IMG/VR virus record: IMGVR_UViG_3300027631_000014
Location: 1-64,000 of that record
Strand: one strand, 5' to 3'
DNA: 64,000 nucleotides
Origin: a virus
Below the pieces are notes generated by a model that did no database searches, was not told where the DNA came from, and saw nothing but the letters and a program-made list of their open reading frames with translations. Shown here in pieces: positions 10,801 through 20,730 of the stretch. Every line of letters starts with the position of its first letter. Position 1 is the stretch's first letter. The position numbers and the translations under genes are program-made.

Positions 10801-11922
10801 ACAGGAGCTAATAGAGAATGGTCAATACAACGTGTATTCTGGTATCCAAATAGTGCTACTAAAGGTATAGTTGTATATTATGGTAATGCTACTTATTTAA
10901 GTGAAGTAGATGCAGCAGCGAATTTACAATACGAAACATTTAACGAAACACCAAATACACAACAAAATGCCATATATCTTGGAGCTATAGCAGTAAGAAA
11001 TAATGCAGATTTTACAGATAGTGATTCATATAAAATACTCCCCGCTGGTGTATTTAGAAATATAGGAGGATCTGGAGGGGGGTCAACTGTAACAGCAACA
11101 CTAGCAACATTAGGTGATGTTACATTATCAGGTTTGACAAATGGTCAACCTTTAGTATACAACACTACTTCTGGTAAATGGCAAAATTTATCAACATTAA
11201 CAGCTAGTTTAAATGGAAATGCCTCTACAGCTACAAGCGCATCATATGCTTTAACAGCATCTTATGTACAAAATGCATTAAGTAGTTCATATGCTTTAAC
11301 AGCATCCTATGTTGCTAATGCATCTTCATTTCCATACACTGGAAGTGCTATCATAACCGGTAGTTTAATTATAACTGGTTCTACAATATCAACATTAGGA
11401 TTTACTGGTTCATTAGAAGGAACTTCAAGTTGGGCTCAAAACTCAATAAGTGCATCATATGCATTAAGTAGTTCTTATTCAACAACATCCATTTCTTCAT
11501 CATATGCTACATCAGCATCTTATTTAATAGGAGGAGTTGTTAGTGCAAGTTATGCAGCAACATCATCACATGCCACTAATTTTGTAGTAGAAAGTACCTT
11601 AGCGTTAAATGGAACATTAACAGATTCTGCCACTGTAAATTCAAGTATAGTAGGTTCAAACAACTTATTTACTCAGGCAACAGGTTCACGAACATCAGCA
11701 TTTGGAAAATATACTATATTTAATGGAGCAAATGCAAGAGCAGGAGAATTTATAACAGTATGGAATGGAACAACCACAACTTACACTGATACATCAACAA
11801 CAGATATAGGAAGTACAGCAGATATTACTTTTGGCTCAATTATAGTAGGAGGTAATATTGAAATAGATGCTGTAGCAACTTCATCAGGTTGGAAAATAAA
11901 AATGTTAACTACCTTCATCTAA
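7813..11922 (+). CDS. Long fibre/virion structural protein
   Basis: 1369 aa, S/T/G-rich, TGS and ASYA repeats, LGDVTL-NGQPLVYN-KWQN fibre motif. Confidence 0.75.
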   Translation: MSNGCIGPINIIPDNNEVILQDVNQVITVIDNNCCTTVDITQPTTAVVQILTGPMGQFPTEGSFGFTGSFDISGSLTVTGSISSNYIQSPYFTGSFYGNGTGIFSGSFSGSISSNLQEVTDNGATTTNVISASGLDTNALNVLGNVNVTGSLIVSGSNTFRNIGPAQFTGSTDITGSLSVNGVDYEFTSASFDTRILNNSSSISLLSGSFLNTSGSLSTRVTDLESFSSSLDATFATDAELNAATASLSGSISYLSSSYLDSSASFNTRILDNSSSIALLSGSFTNFSSSYSTGSFTGSFTGSLKGIAASASYASTASYVLNAVSSSFSSTASYLNTLNQDLTFNGNLILNGTASITYLDVTYESASVIYSSGSNQLGDATNDIQTLIGTVKISGSLQVTGSTNIPSITGSLLGTSSYAINAATASNILGGKATHIPFFITDTTLATSSIYQSGSTSIIINQDANTTANPEALYVWQPSTSSFNVISGKGNLNNYLQLNIQNTNQGVTASSDVVATANNGNEFTNYIDMGINNENFSGDIGGPNAGYLYSTGQHLHIGNASNFPIQFFAGGLDSDANRKLQLSPNNYHEMTGSLDVSGSIVVLDGITGSLQGTASYANNALTASYASNSDLLDGKDSSIFATTGSNVFIGNQIVTGSLFTTGSNTLIGSTTLTGSLSISGSTVQVGNNTLLGNTILSGSIVISSSLAPGNLSASVNIFGDTAVTGFIKFNPYSTNIDTSISASYVFVSGSTNDLYFSQNGNGYNNTTRLRWLEGNLYTGLLNGALITTASATTFNISSGSGVIVSLNASLNDNPYPTIQYVNWGNLTNQPLTYRTSSVQTFVGIDSNGQIIQQTNPWIDGQYNTSISVGTVIHQNLSTINASITYPNVAYGYKQRTYDFIKAFGPLKLSGCILAVSGSSTGSLIVGSGTAFADGRNYQVDPNNPSYITDQGTTVSKIFRYYESGSTFVQDTNGGLGYGAIDPLNYNLNGTLTPVPGTGANREWSIQRVFWYPNSATKGIVVYYGNATYLSEVDAAANLQYETFNETPNTQQNAIYLGAIAVRNNADFTDSDSYKILPAGVFRNIGGSGGGSTVTATLATLGDVTLSGLTNGQPLVYNTTSGKWQNLSTLTASLNGNASTATSASYALTASYVQNALSSSYALTASYVANASSFPYTGSAIITGSLIITGSTISTLGFTGSLEGTSSWAQNSISASYALSSSYSTTSISSSYATSASYLIGGVVSASYAATSSHATNFVVESTLALNGTLTDSATVNSSIVGSNNLFTQATGSRTSAFGKYTIFNGANARAGEFITVWNGTTTTYTDTSTTDIGSTADITFGSIIVGGNIEIDAVATSSGWKIKMLTTFI

Positions 11923-11940
11923 GCATATTTATATTAGAAA

Positions 11941-11962
11941 TTAGTTGGATAGGGAAAACTAA
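11941..11962 (+). promoter_or_regulatory. 5'-UTR hairpin TTAGTT-GGATAGGGAA-AACTAA
   Basis: Perfect 6-bp stem, purine-rich 10-nt loop, ends 5 nt before the ATG. Confidence 0.45.
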
Positions 11963-11967
11963 AAATT

Positions 11968-14172
11968 ATGGCAAACGAATTCATAGCTCGTAACGGGCTC
12001 ATATCACAAAATAATTCAATAGTAAGTGGATCACTAACTGTTACTCAAGGTATAACAGGATCTTTATTAGCAATTAATAGTATTGATTCAGAAAATAGAG
12101 TATTAAGTGATGGACTACCAAGTGCATCACTAAATTGGAATGATAGGGTTCTAATAGATACTAATGGTTCAGGCTCTTTAGGTTGGCAATCAAGAAGATT
12201 ACTAGATGAAAATGATCTTAAATCAGTAGAATGGGGTAATAGATACTTATATAGATCTGATAATGTAGTAGTAGTAGATTGGGAAAATGGTCTATTTACC
12301 GGTTCATTAGACGGAACAGCTTCATTTGCTGTATCCGCATCATGGGCGCCGAGTGTTACAATAGATACCAGTTCATTTGCAACTACAGGTTCAAATCAAT
12401 TTAACGATAGTCAATCTATTAGTGGTTCATTAAATGTTTCTCAAAATGTAGAGATATTCGGAATTCTTAACAATGGATCAAATACCGTAGCTACAGGTCA
12501 GCATTCACACGCTGAAGGAGAAAACTCTACAGCATATGGCGCGTTTTCACACGCTGAAGGTGGAGCAGCTATTGCACATGCAGAATATTCTCATGCTGAG
12601 GGTGCCAGTGCTCAAGCATTTGGAGATGGCTCTCACGCTGAAGGTTCAGTAACAGAAGCTAGAGGAGGGTATTCTCACTCAGAAGGTGACAGTACATTAG
12701 CATCTGGCTCGTATTCTCATGCAGAAGGTTCTGGTACTCAAGCAATAGGTAACTCTTCACATGCAGAAGGTACTCAAACAGCAACCGGAGGAATAAACGG
12801 ATATTTAGCAACATCAGTAGCATCTGGGTTAGTTACTTTATCTGGATCGTATGGAGATGTATCAGGTGATTATCTAGCAGGAAATTATTTATATCTAAAC
12901 GATGCTGATTATGATGCTGCATATGGTATTAGTAGTTTTGCAATTGACTCTGCAACATTCAATGGAACTGAAACCGAAGTACTTTTAGTAGATGTAAGTG
13001 TTGGCACTACAACAGCAGTAGTAGGAAATCTAAATCTTCTATCAATTAATTGGGCTGGCGATCAAACATATAAAGGCGACTATTCACACGCAGAAGGCGT
13101 TAGTACACGAGCCTTAGGTACTTATTCACACGCTGAAGGTGAAGCGGGACAAACAGTAGGAGGTGGTTCCCATGTTGAAGGTTATAGTACAATAACAATA
13201 GGACCATATTCACACGCAGAAGGAAATGCTACAATAGCGATAGGACTGTATTCTCATGCTGAAGGTTTAAGTACTTTAGCGTCAGGTTCATATTCACACA
13301 CTGAAGGAAATTCAACTCAAACAATAGGTAACTCTTCACACGCTGAAGGTAGACTAACAACAGCTCTAGGTGAATATTCACACGCTGAAGGAAATGGTTC
13401 TCTAGCAATAGGATCCTATTCTCATGCTGAAGGTAATTCAACTCAAGCAATTGGTGATTTCTCTCATGCAGAAGGAGAAAGTACAATAGCATCAGGATCT
13501 TTCCAACACGTATCAGGCAAATTCAATACTCATGGAGATGACACTTCATTATTCATAATAGGTAATGGAGTAGATGATGCAACTAGATCAGATGTATTTA
13601 GAGTATCTGGTTCATCAGTGCAAGTAACTGGTTCATTAATTGTAAATGACGGAACATATGAATCAATTAACACTACTACAAGAGAGTTAGTAGATGATGC
13701 TGGTATTATCGCAGTTAATTGGCAAACTACTATCGCGGGATCTGAAAGAACATTATTTGATGATACAGGCCTAGAGTCGCTAAAATGGAATTCACGTAAA
13801 CTCTTTGATGAGTCTAGCAACTTGTCAATTGACTGGGGTAATGCAGGTTCTGGTGATTCTAGAAATTTAAAAGACTCGGATGGTGTTAGTACAATATTAA
13901 ATTGGGATACAACCACAGCTGCAGGTGCCTGGTTTTCCGGTTCTTTAATAGGAACGGCATCATATGCTCTAACAGCATCTTTTGCTTTAAATGGTGGTGG
14001 CTCTACAGATACTGGTTCCTTACTAACAACAGCCTCAATATCATTAAATACAATTACTTTTACAAAAGGAGATGGAAGTACATTCCCAATCACTGTAGAC
14101 ACAGGATCAGGTGGTGGAGGTGGAGGAAGCAGTGCAACATCAAACTTATTTAATTACTATAACTTTATATAA
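11968..14172 (+). CDS. Fibre/adhesin with YadA/Hep_Hag-like head repeats
   Basis: About 16 tandem 14-aa repeats (A-x-G-x-Y-S-H-A-E-G) in two blocks; LFIIGNG-DDATRSD neck motif. Confidence 0.8.
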   Translation: MANEFIARNGLISQNNSIVSGSLTVTQGITGSLLAINSIDSENRVLSDGLPSASLNWNDRVLIDTNGSGSLGWQSRRLLDENDLKSVEWGNRYLYRSDNVVVVDWENGLFTGSLDGTASFAVSASWAPSVTIDTSSFATTGSNQFNDSQSISGSLNVSQNVEIFGILNNGSNTVATGQHSHAEGENSTAYGAFSHAEGGAAIAHAEYSHAEGASAQAFGDGSHAEGSVTEARGGYSHSEGDSTLASGSYSHAEGSGTQAIGNSSHAEGTQTATGGINGYLATSVASGLVTLSGSYGDVSGDYLAGNYLYLNDADYDAAYGISSFAIDSATFNGTETEVLLVDVSVGTTTAVVGNLNLLSINWAGDQTYKGDYSHAEGVSTRALGTYSHAEGEAGQTVGGGSHVEGYSTITIGPYSHAEGNATIAIGLYSHAEGLSTLASGSYSHTEGNSTQTIGNSSHAEGRLTTALGEYSHAEGNGSLAIGSYSHAEGNSTQAIGDFSHAEGESTIASGSFQHVSGKFNTHGDDTSLFIIGNGVDDATRSDVFRVSGSSVQVTGSLIVNDGTYESINTTTRELVDDAGIIAVNWQTTIAGSERTLFDDTGLESLKWNSRKLFDESSNLSIDWGNAGSGDSRNLKDSDGVSTILNWDTTTAAGAWFSGSLIGTASYALTASFALNGGGSTDTGSLLTTASISLNTITFTKGDGSTFPITVDTGSGGGGGGSSATSNLFNYYNFI

Positions 14173-14184
14173 AAACAAAACAAT

Positions 14185-14622
14185 ATGGCAGCAAATACAA
14201 CACCAATATTTACATTAGTAGCTAACAAAGGTATTAATACCGGACTTAGATTAACAACAGCAAACACAACACGTGATTTATCAACCACTACAAATGGTGG
14301 TTTACTATTTACAGCAGGAGCAAGTGGTAGTAGAGTAGAAGCAATTGATTTTGTACACTCAGCGGCATCACAAACTCAAGCATCTATTGCGTCAGTAGGT
14401 AGAGTATTCTTATGTGATAGTGCAATTGGAGGAAGTCCAAGATTAATAAAAGAAATTGCTTTAACAGCAGTAACTCCATCAGCAATTGCAATAGGAGCAA
14501 CATTCACAGTAACATTCACAACACCTTTGTTTTTAGCAACTGGTGAACATTTATGGGCAACAATTAGTGCTACACAAACAACAGGTCAATATGACATTAA
14601 CTGTTATGGTGGAGATTATTAA
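14185..14622 (+). CDS. Virion structural protein
   Basis: 145 aa, beta-rich, inside the fibre cluster. Confidence 0.55.
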   Translation: MAANTTPIFTLVANKGINTGLRLTTANTTRDLSTTTNGGLLFTAGASGSRVEAIDFVHSAASQTQASIASVGRVFLCDSAIGGSPRLIKEIALTAVTPSAIAIGATFTVTFTTPLFLATGEHLWATISATQTTGQYDINCYGGDY

Positions 14623-14641
14623 TAAATAAAAAATAAAAATT

Positions 14642-14884
14642 ATGACTTATAAAATTTTAAGTACTCAAGCAAACGAAGAAACAATTACAACAACTGTTGA
14701 ATATAATTTTGATGATGTAATGGTAACAGTAGATATTCCACATTTTATGCCTCAAAGTGAAAGTGATATAGAAACAGGAATATTAAATAGAGCTATGAGT
14801 GAAAAAAGAAAACTTGATGCTATCGAATTAAACAAAACAATATTAACAAGTATTATAATTGGAGAAGAAAAACCTATTCAATAG
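14642..14884 (+). CDS. Hypothetical protein, possible fibre assembly factor
   Basis: 80 aa with IPHFMP motif, between fibre genes. Confidence 0.5.
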   Translation: MTYKILSTQANEETITTTVEYNFDDVMVTVDIPHFMPQSESDIETGILNRAMSEKRKLDAIELNKTILTSIIIGEEKPIQ

Positions 14885-14886
14885 TT

Positions 14887-15042
14887 ATGAAACCATTATT
14901 TTGTAATAAATGTCATAAGAGAATTGTTCCACCTAAATTTTTAATGGGGCAAAATATTAATGTACAAAATGCTATGACTTTAAATTGTGGAGATCCAAAA
15001 TGTACAGGTCATGTAAAATATTTACCAACTAAAAAAGATTAA
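14887..15042 (+). CDS. 51-aa Zn-ribbon-like protein missing from the ORF track
   Basis: MKPLFCNKCHK...LNCGDPKCTGHVKY; CxxC plus Cx4C; fills the intergenic gap exactly. Confidence 0.65.
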   Translation: MKPLFCNKCHKRIVPPKFLMGQNINVQNAMTLNCGDPKCTGHVKYLPTKKD

Positions 15043-15046
15043 GTAA

Positions 15047-18000
15047 ATGGCTATAAGAACTGTATCAAATACTGGAGGTAACTGGAATGCAACCGCTACT
15101 TGGGTTGGTGGAGTAGTTCCTAGTGCTACATTAGATACTGTTGCATTTACAGCAACATCTGGACAATTAACAATCAATGTAGCCTCAACTTGTATAGGTA
15201 TTAATTTTACTAATTATGTTAATACTATAACTTTTACCGCATTACTTACAATTAACGGCCCAGTTAACTTAGGTACAGGTGGATACACACAAGCTGGTGC
15301 ATCAGGAATACAAGCAGGTACAACAGCAACACATACAAGTGGAGGTGTAACTTGGAGTAGACTATGGACTTTTGCTGGAACCTCACAAACACACACATTA
15401 TCTGGAACTTGGACATTCACAGGTACGTTAAATTTTAGTGCTACAACGGCAATGACTTTAACTGGTAGTACAATTAATACAACTAGGTTAACTGTAACAA
15501 CTACTGCTACAACATCTGGAACAACAGCAATTGTGTTTAATGGGACAGGGACTTGGTCACACACCGCTGCTGGTATTATTCAAAACAATATTACAATTAA
15601 TACCGCTGGAACATTAACAATAGGTACCAATATTTACTATAATACAGGAACACTTACTTATACGTTAGGAACAGTAAACACAACAACTAATAGTAGTATT
15701 TTAAATATTTCTGCCTCAACTACATTATCAACAGGAATCATATCTTGGAGTAGTCTTATAGTATCAGCAGCAGCAACCATTACTTTAGGAGCTAACTTAA
15801 AAGTATCATCTGCTTTTACAATGACCACCGGTGGTTATGCAGTAACTATTACACCTGGAGCATTTGCTGTAAATTTTTCAACTGCAAATGTTACTATTGG
15901 TAATACAAACTCAGGAGCGACAACTTTTACTTATAACGGTACAATAACTTGTGTTAATTTTACAGTAGTTGCTGGGAATGCAACTAGTGGTACTTTAAAT
16001 GGTACAACATATAATATCACAGGAAATTTCACAATAAACACATTTGGTACTGGTGGTTCAGTAGCTGGAACATCTACAATAAATCTTACAGGTACAGGTA
16101 CAGTACAACAACTTAACTCGGGAGTATATGCAGTACCAGTAACTAATAATTTTACTATAAACACATCTGGTACTATAACATTTTTATCTGGTACTAGATT
16201 TTTTTATCAAACAGGAATATTCACCTATACTGCAGGTACAGTTATAACAACTAACACTACATTAGGTATATTAGGTTCTTGTACATTAAATACTGATATG
16301 GGAGCAACACAAATAAATTGGGTTAATGTTACTTCCTTTGCCACAGCAACTATAACGTTAACTAGCAACCTAAACATAACTAATTTAACAGTTAGTTCAG
16401 GCATTCTGAGTTTTACTTTAGGTGTAAATAATTTGTTAATTTCCGGAAATTTAACTATGAATAGTAATTCTAGTCTTAATACACCACAAAATTTACAAAT
16501 AGTAAATCTTACATTAGGAAGTGGAACTGCTACAGGAGCGTTTATGAACGGCCTTTTCACAATATCAGTATCAGGTAATTTAACTCAAAATACTGGTAAT
16601 CAAGCATGTGGAGGAACAACAACTATTCAATTAAATGGGACAGGAACTTGGAGTAATGCAAGTACTGGTACTTTAAATAATAATTTAATATTTAATACAT
16701 CAGGTATTATAACTTTAGGCGCAAACATTTACTATATTGCCGGGACACTCACTTACACAGCAGGTACAGTTACAACTACTGGTAATACTCTAAATATAAC
16801 TGGTGCGGCAACTTTAAATACAAATGTGTTAAATTGGAATAATATAATTATTAGTGGTGGTTCATCAACAATAACAAGTAACTTAAATATTTTAGGAAAT
16901 TTAACTATATCAACTACCTCTACAGCAGTTAATGGTTTATTTAACATTAATGTTGGAGGTAATTTAACAATTAATATTTCAATGGGTGGAACAGCAACAA
17001 TAGTGTTAAATGGTACAGGGACATGGTCACATGGAGCCGCTTTTTATCTATCAAACCCACTAATATTCAATACAAGTGGTACAATTACAATAAGTGGTAC
17101 TGTTTATTTTAGTAGTGTCGGTTCTATAATATACACAGCAGGGACAGTTATATCAAACGGTAGTACCTTACAAACAAACGCAGGAACAATATCCACAGGC
17201 ACTATGTTATGGAATAATATACTATTTGCAACTAATGGTTCTAGTGTAATGTCTATTGGTTCTAATTTATATGTAAATGGTACATTTACAATAGGAGGTA
17301 ATGGAACAGTTAGTGGAACATTTAATATCTATTGTAATAACTTTACTATAAATAATAGTACATCAGGAGGATCTGTAGTTGCAGCGACAATGTCTCAAAT
17401 TGTCTATGTTTATAATACATTAACATTTGGTTTTTCATCCAGCGGTACAGGTTCAAATGGTGCTACATTTTATGTAAATGGAAATTTAGCATTAGGTAAT
17501 GGTGGTGCAAATGGAGGGACATCACAAGTAATAATGACTGGTACTGGAACCGTAAGTGGAACAAATAATTTCGCACATCCATTAACTATTAACTCATCGG
17601 GTGTTATAACATTTTCTACTACATTTACTATAAGTAGTACCTTTACTTACACTTCAGGTATTGTTAAAGCTAATACAACAACATTAACATGTGCACCAGC
17701 TTCTGGACAAACACTTATAGGTATGAATAAAATAGCATGGAAAGCTGTAGTTTTAACATCTGGTCAAACATTTACAATGAATGAGTTTTTTAGTGGAAGT
17801 CCTAGTGTAAGAACCAATATTACTCCATCATCAACAACAAACTACATAATCACATTCCAAGACAGATTTGAAAAATTCTCTAAATTTGTAAAAGTAAATA
17901 GAGCAACAATATCAACACCAGGACAACTAACAGTAACAACGTATAAAGGAAATCAATTAAATAACGTAGGTATAAAGTTTGCTCCTAATAACATAAACAA

Positions 18001-18091
18001 TGGACTAGCTAAAAACAACCCTAGTGTTCAACCAACCCCTACATACGGATTACAACCAACTTTTCTAATGGCAGATCCTACTTTAAGTTAA
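15047..18091 (+). CDS. Beta-helical fibre/spike protein
   Basis: 1014 aa, T/G/N-rich; internal repeats LNGTGTWS, NTSGTIT, TYTAGTV. Confidence 0.7.
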   Translation: MAIRTVSNTGGNWNATATWVGGVVPSATLDTVAFTATSGQLTINVASTCIGINFTNYVNTITFTALLTINGPVNLGTGGYTQAGASGIQAGTTATHTSGGVTWSRLWTFAGTSQTHTLSGTWTFTGTLNFSATTAMTLTGSTINTTRLTVTTTATTSGTTAIVFNGTGTWSHTAAGIIQNNITINTAGTLTIGTNIYYNTGTLTYTLGTVNTTTNSSILNISASTTLSTGIISWSSLIVSAAATITLGANLKVSSAFTMTTGGYAVTITPGAFAVNFSTANVTIGNTNSGATTFTYNGTITCVNFTVVAGNATSGTLNGTTYNITGNFTINTFGTGGSVAGTSTINLTGTGTVQQLNSGVYAVPVTNNFTINTSGTITFLSGTRFFYQTGIFTYTAGTVITTNTTLGILGSCTLNTDMGATQINWVNVTSFATATITLTSNLNITNLTVSSGILSFTLGVNNLLISGNLTMNSNSSLNTPQNLQIVNLTLGSGTATGAFMNGLFTISVSGNLTQNTGNQACGGTTTIQLNGTGTWSNASTGTLNNNLIFNTSGIITLGANIYYIAGTLTYTAGTVTTTGNTLNITGAATLNTNVLNWNNIIISGGSSTITSNLNILGNLTISTTSTAVNGLFNINVGGNLTINISMGGTATIVLNGTGTWSHGAAFYLSNPLIFNTSGTITISGTVYFSSVGSIIYTAGTVISNGSTLQTNAGTISTGTMLWNNILFATNGSSVMSIGSNLYVNGTFTIGGNGTVSGTFNIYCNNFTINNSTSGGSVVAATMSQIVYVYNTLTFGFSSSGTGSNGATFYVNGNLALGNGGANGGTSQVIMTGTGTVSGTNNFAHPLTINSSGVITFSTTFTISSTFTYTSGIVKANTTTLTCAPASGQTLIGMNKIAWKAVVLTSGQTFTMNEFFSGSPSVRTNITPSSTTNYIITFQDRFEKFSKFVKVNRATISTPGQLTVTTYKGNQLNNVGIKFAPNNINNGLAKNNPSVQPTPTYGLQPTFLMADPTLS

Positions 18092-18128
18092 TATTTACTT
18101 TTACCATATTTATAATAAAATATAAATC

Positions 18129-19265
18129 ATGGCTAACATTCCTATATATCCAGGTAGCTCGTCGTTTTTTCCAGGTAACACACCCTTTGGATTTTACGAC
18201 AATGACTATCAATTCCAAGTTGATGCAGATAAAGTAACTACTTTTTGTGCTCGAAGACTAGGATACCCTATTATGGATGTTGAATTACAAGATTTAAATT
18301 TCTACACAGCATTTGAAGAATCAATTACTATTTATGGAAATGAATTATATGCATTTCAAGTAAGAGATAACTTATTAAATGTAATTGGTGCTCCTACCTC
18401 ATCAAATATGAATCACGCAATCATAACTCCATCAATGGCTGGTGTTATTAGATTATCGCAGCAATATGCCTCAGAAGCAGGAACAGGAGGAAATGTAAAT
18501 TGGTATAGTGGTTCAATTGAAATGACTAATTACCAACAAGATTACGATTTAGGAGCTTGGGCAATAGAAAACAACATAACAGGAGGAATAGAAATAAAAA
18601 GAATATTCTGGCAACCAATTCCAGCAGTTAATCAAGTATACAACTTGAATATGTTCTCAGGATTAGGAGGAGTACCTGCAGTTGGAACTTATGGATTGTT
18701 TGGATCAACCGGATTTTTAATGTATCCAACAAGTTTATTAGTACAAACAACTCAAGCAGTTGAAATGCAAAACCAAATTTCACTACCTGATTTTACATTT
18801 GAATTAATAAACAACAAACTAAGAATATTTCCTATTCCAACTCAAGATGGAGATAGAATTTGGTTTCAATATCTTAGTATAGAAGAAAGATTAAATAGTG
18901 TTATTGGAAATGCACCTGGAGCAGTAACTAATGCCTCAAATGCTAACTTTACAAATCCAAAATATACACAAATTAATTCAATTGGTAGACAATGGATATT
19001 TGAATATACATTAGCATTATGTAAAGAAATGTTAGGATATGTTCGTGGAAAATACACTCAAGTACCTATTCCTGGTAAAGAAATTACTTTAAATCAATCA
19101 GACTTAATTACAGCTGCAACAGCAGAAAAAACATTATTGATTGATAGGTTAAGAGTATATTTTGATGAAACTTCAAATCAAAAATTATTAGAAAGAAAAC
19201 AAGCAGAATCAGTAGCTCGTCAAAGTGAATTAGGACAATCACCAATGACAATTTTTATAGGATAA
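18129..19265 (+). CDS. Neck protein (T4 gp13-like)
   Basis: RRLGYP-DVEL N-terminus; W--EY--AL-KE-LG-VRGKY--VPIPG--ITLN C-terminus. Confidence 0.8.
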   Translation: MANIPIYPGSSSFFPGNTPFGFYDNDYQFQVDADKVTTFCARRLGYPIMDVELQDLNFYTAFEESITIYGNELYAFQVRDNLLNVIGAPTSSNMNHAIITPSMAGVIRLSQQYASEAGTGGNVNWYSGSIEMTNYQQDYDLGAWAIENNITGGIEIKRIFWQPIPAVNQVYNLNMFSGLGGVPAVGTYGLFGSTGFLMYPTSLLVQTTQAVEMQNQISLPDFTFELINNKLRIFPIPTQDGDRIWFQYLSIEERLNSVIGNAPGAVTNASNANFTNPKYTQINSIGRQWIFEYTLALCKEMLGYVRGKYTQVPIPGKEITLNQSDLITAATAEKTLLIDRLRVYFDETSNQKLLERKQAESVARQSELGQSPMTIFIG

Positions 19266-19266
19266 T

Positions 19267-19779
19267 ATGGCAATTTTTGGATCAAGTAGAGACGCATCAT
19301 TCCTAAGAGGAATGAGTAGAGAGGTAATGGGAAACGTTATCTCACAACAATGTGCTTTTTACAAATACAAACTATCAGAAACTGTTATAAACATGTATGG
19401 AGAATCTTCAGGAGGTAAATTTTTTGGAGGTCCTATTTTGTTTAATGCTTTAATAACTATTGGAGATAATGTGAGTCCAACAAGTGAATTAGGTGTAAAC
19501 TTTGATTGGCCTATGTCATTTTCATTTTTAAGAGATGATTTAGTAGATGCAAACGTGCATCCTGAAGTAGGAGACGTTATATTATATCAAGAAAGTTATT
19601 GGGAAGTAGATAATACAATTATAGGACAATTCTGGGGAGGTAAAGATCCTGATTATCCAATGGAACCAAATCCATTAAATCCTGGATTAGCAGAGTTTGG
19701 ATATAATGTTTCTGTGATATGTGAATGTCATTACGTGCCAGCTGATAGGTTAAATATTATTAGAACAAGATTATTATAA
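19267..19779 (+). CDS. Neck/head-closure protein (gp14-like)
   Basis: NMYGES, PEVGDVI, YWEV motifs; follows gp13-like gene. Confidence 0.65.
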   Translation: MAIFGSSRDASFLRGMSREVMGNVISQQCAFYKYKLSETVINMYGESSGGKFFGGPILFNALITIGDNVSPTSELGVNFDWPMSFSFLRDDLVDANVHPEVGDVILYQESYWEVDNTIIGQFWGGKDPDYPMEPNPLNPGLAEFGYNVSVICECHYVPADRLNIIRTRLL

Positions 19780-20690
19780 TGGCTAAAAATAGTAGAACAC
19801 CCATTCCAAAAACTCAAAGAGAACTTAGTATTGAACAACACACTGCTTATAGTTCTGAGGTAGGAAATCCTAATACGTCAAATGATCTTAATAGAGGAAA
19901 TCAAATTTCTTTTAATGGAGATTCTACTAAACCGTTTTCAATAGGAATTCAAGATATTGATGAGGCAGTTTTTTACTATTTTAAAAATGTAATTAAACCA
20001 TTTGTTTTACAAAATGGAGAAAGAATAGAAGTACCTATTATTTATGGTTCACCTGAAAAGTGGGCTTCATTTCAAAAGTCAGGATACTTTAGAGATTCTC
20101 AAGGTAGAATTATGATGCCAATCATCATGTTCAAAAGAGACAATGTAGAAAAAGTAAGATCAATTGCAAATAAATTAGATGCAAACAATCCACACAACAT
20201 ATCAATAGTTAAAAAATCATATTCGTCTAAAAATGCATATGACAATTTTAGTGTATTAAATAATGTTAGACCACAAAAAGTAAATTATGCAGTTGTAGTC
20301 CCAGATTACATTACTGTAACTTATAGTTGTGCTATCAATACTTATTACATGGATCAGCTAAATAAAATCGTTGAAGCAATTGAATACGCTTCAGATTCAT
20401 ATTGGGGTGATCCAGCACGTTTTCAGTTTAGAGCGATGATTGATTCGTTTGCTATTAAAGCAGAACTTGCAGATAAAGAGGAAAGAACAGTAAGTAGTAC
20501 TTTTAATATTAAAATGAATGGATACATAATCCCAGACGTAATACAAAAAGATATGACTGCATTAAAGAAAATTCCTGATGTAGTTAAAGTAGTAGTAAGT
20601 GAGCAAATAATGGGAGAAAATGGGGGAGGAAATAACTATACCCCAGTATATAGATCATTTGATGATTCATTTAATAATTCATTTGGATAA
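19779..20690 (+). CDS. Tail terminator/sheath stabiliser (gp15-like)
   Basis: VPIIYGSPEKW, MPII, PDY---Y, QLNKIVE. Confidence 0.75.
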   Translation: MAKNSRTPIPKTQRELSIEQHTAYSSEVGNPNTSNDLNRGNQISFNGDSTKPFSIGIQDIDEAVFYYFKNVIKPFVLQNGERIEVPIIYGSPEKWASFQKSGYFRDSQGRIMMPIIMFKRDNVEKVRSIANKLDANNPHNISIVKKSYSSKNAYDNFSVLNNVRPQKVNYAVVVPDYITVTYSCAINTYYMDQLNKIVEAIEYASDSYWGDPARFQFRAMIDSFAIKAELADKEERTVSSTFNIKMNGYIIPDVIQKDMTALKKIPDVVKVVVSEQIMGENGGGNNYTPVYRSFDDSFNNSFG

Positions 20691-20730
20691 CAATATATTT
20701 ATACTAGATAACATACTTATATAATAAAAA

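Noticed and set aside
12500-13480. 42-nt periodic repeat (TCACACGCTGAAGG-like) resembling a CRISPR array
   Set aside because: Degenerate at third codon positions and in frame; it encodes the SHAEG protein repeat. No cas genes seen.
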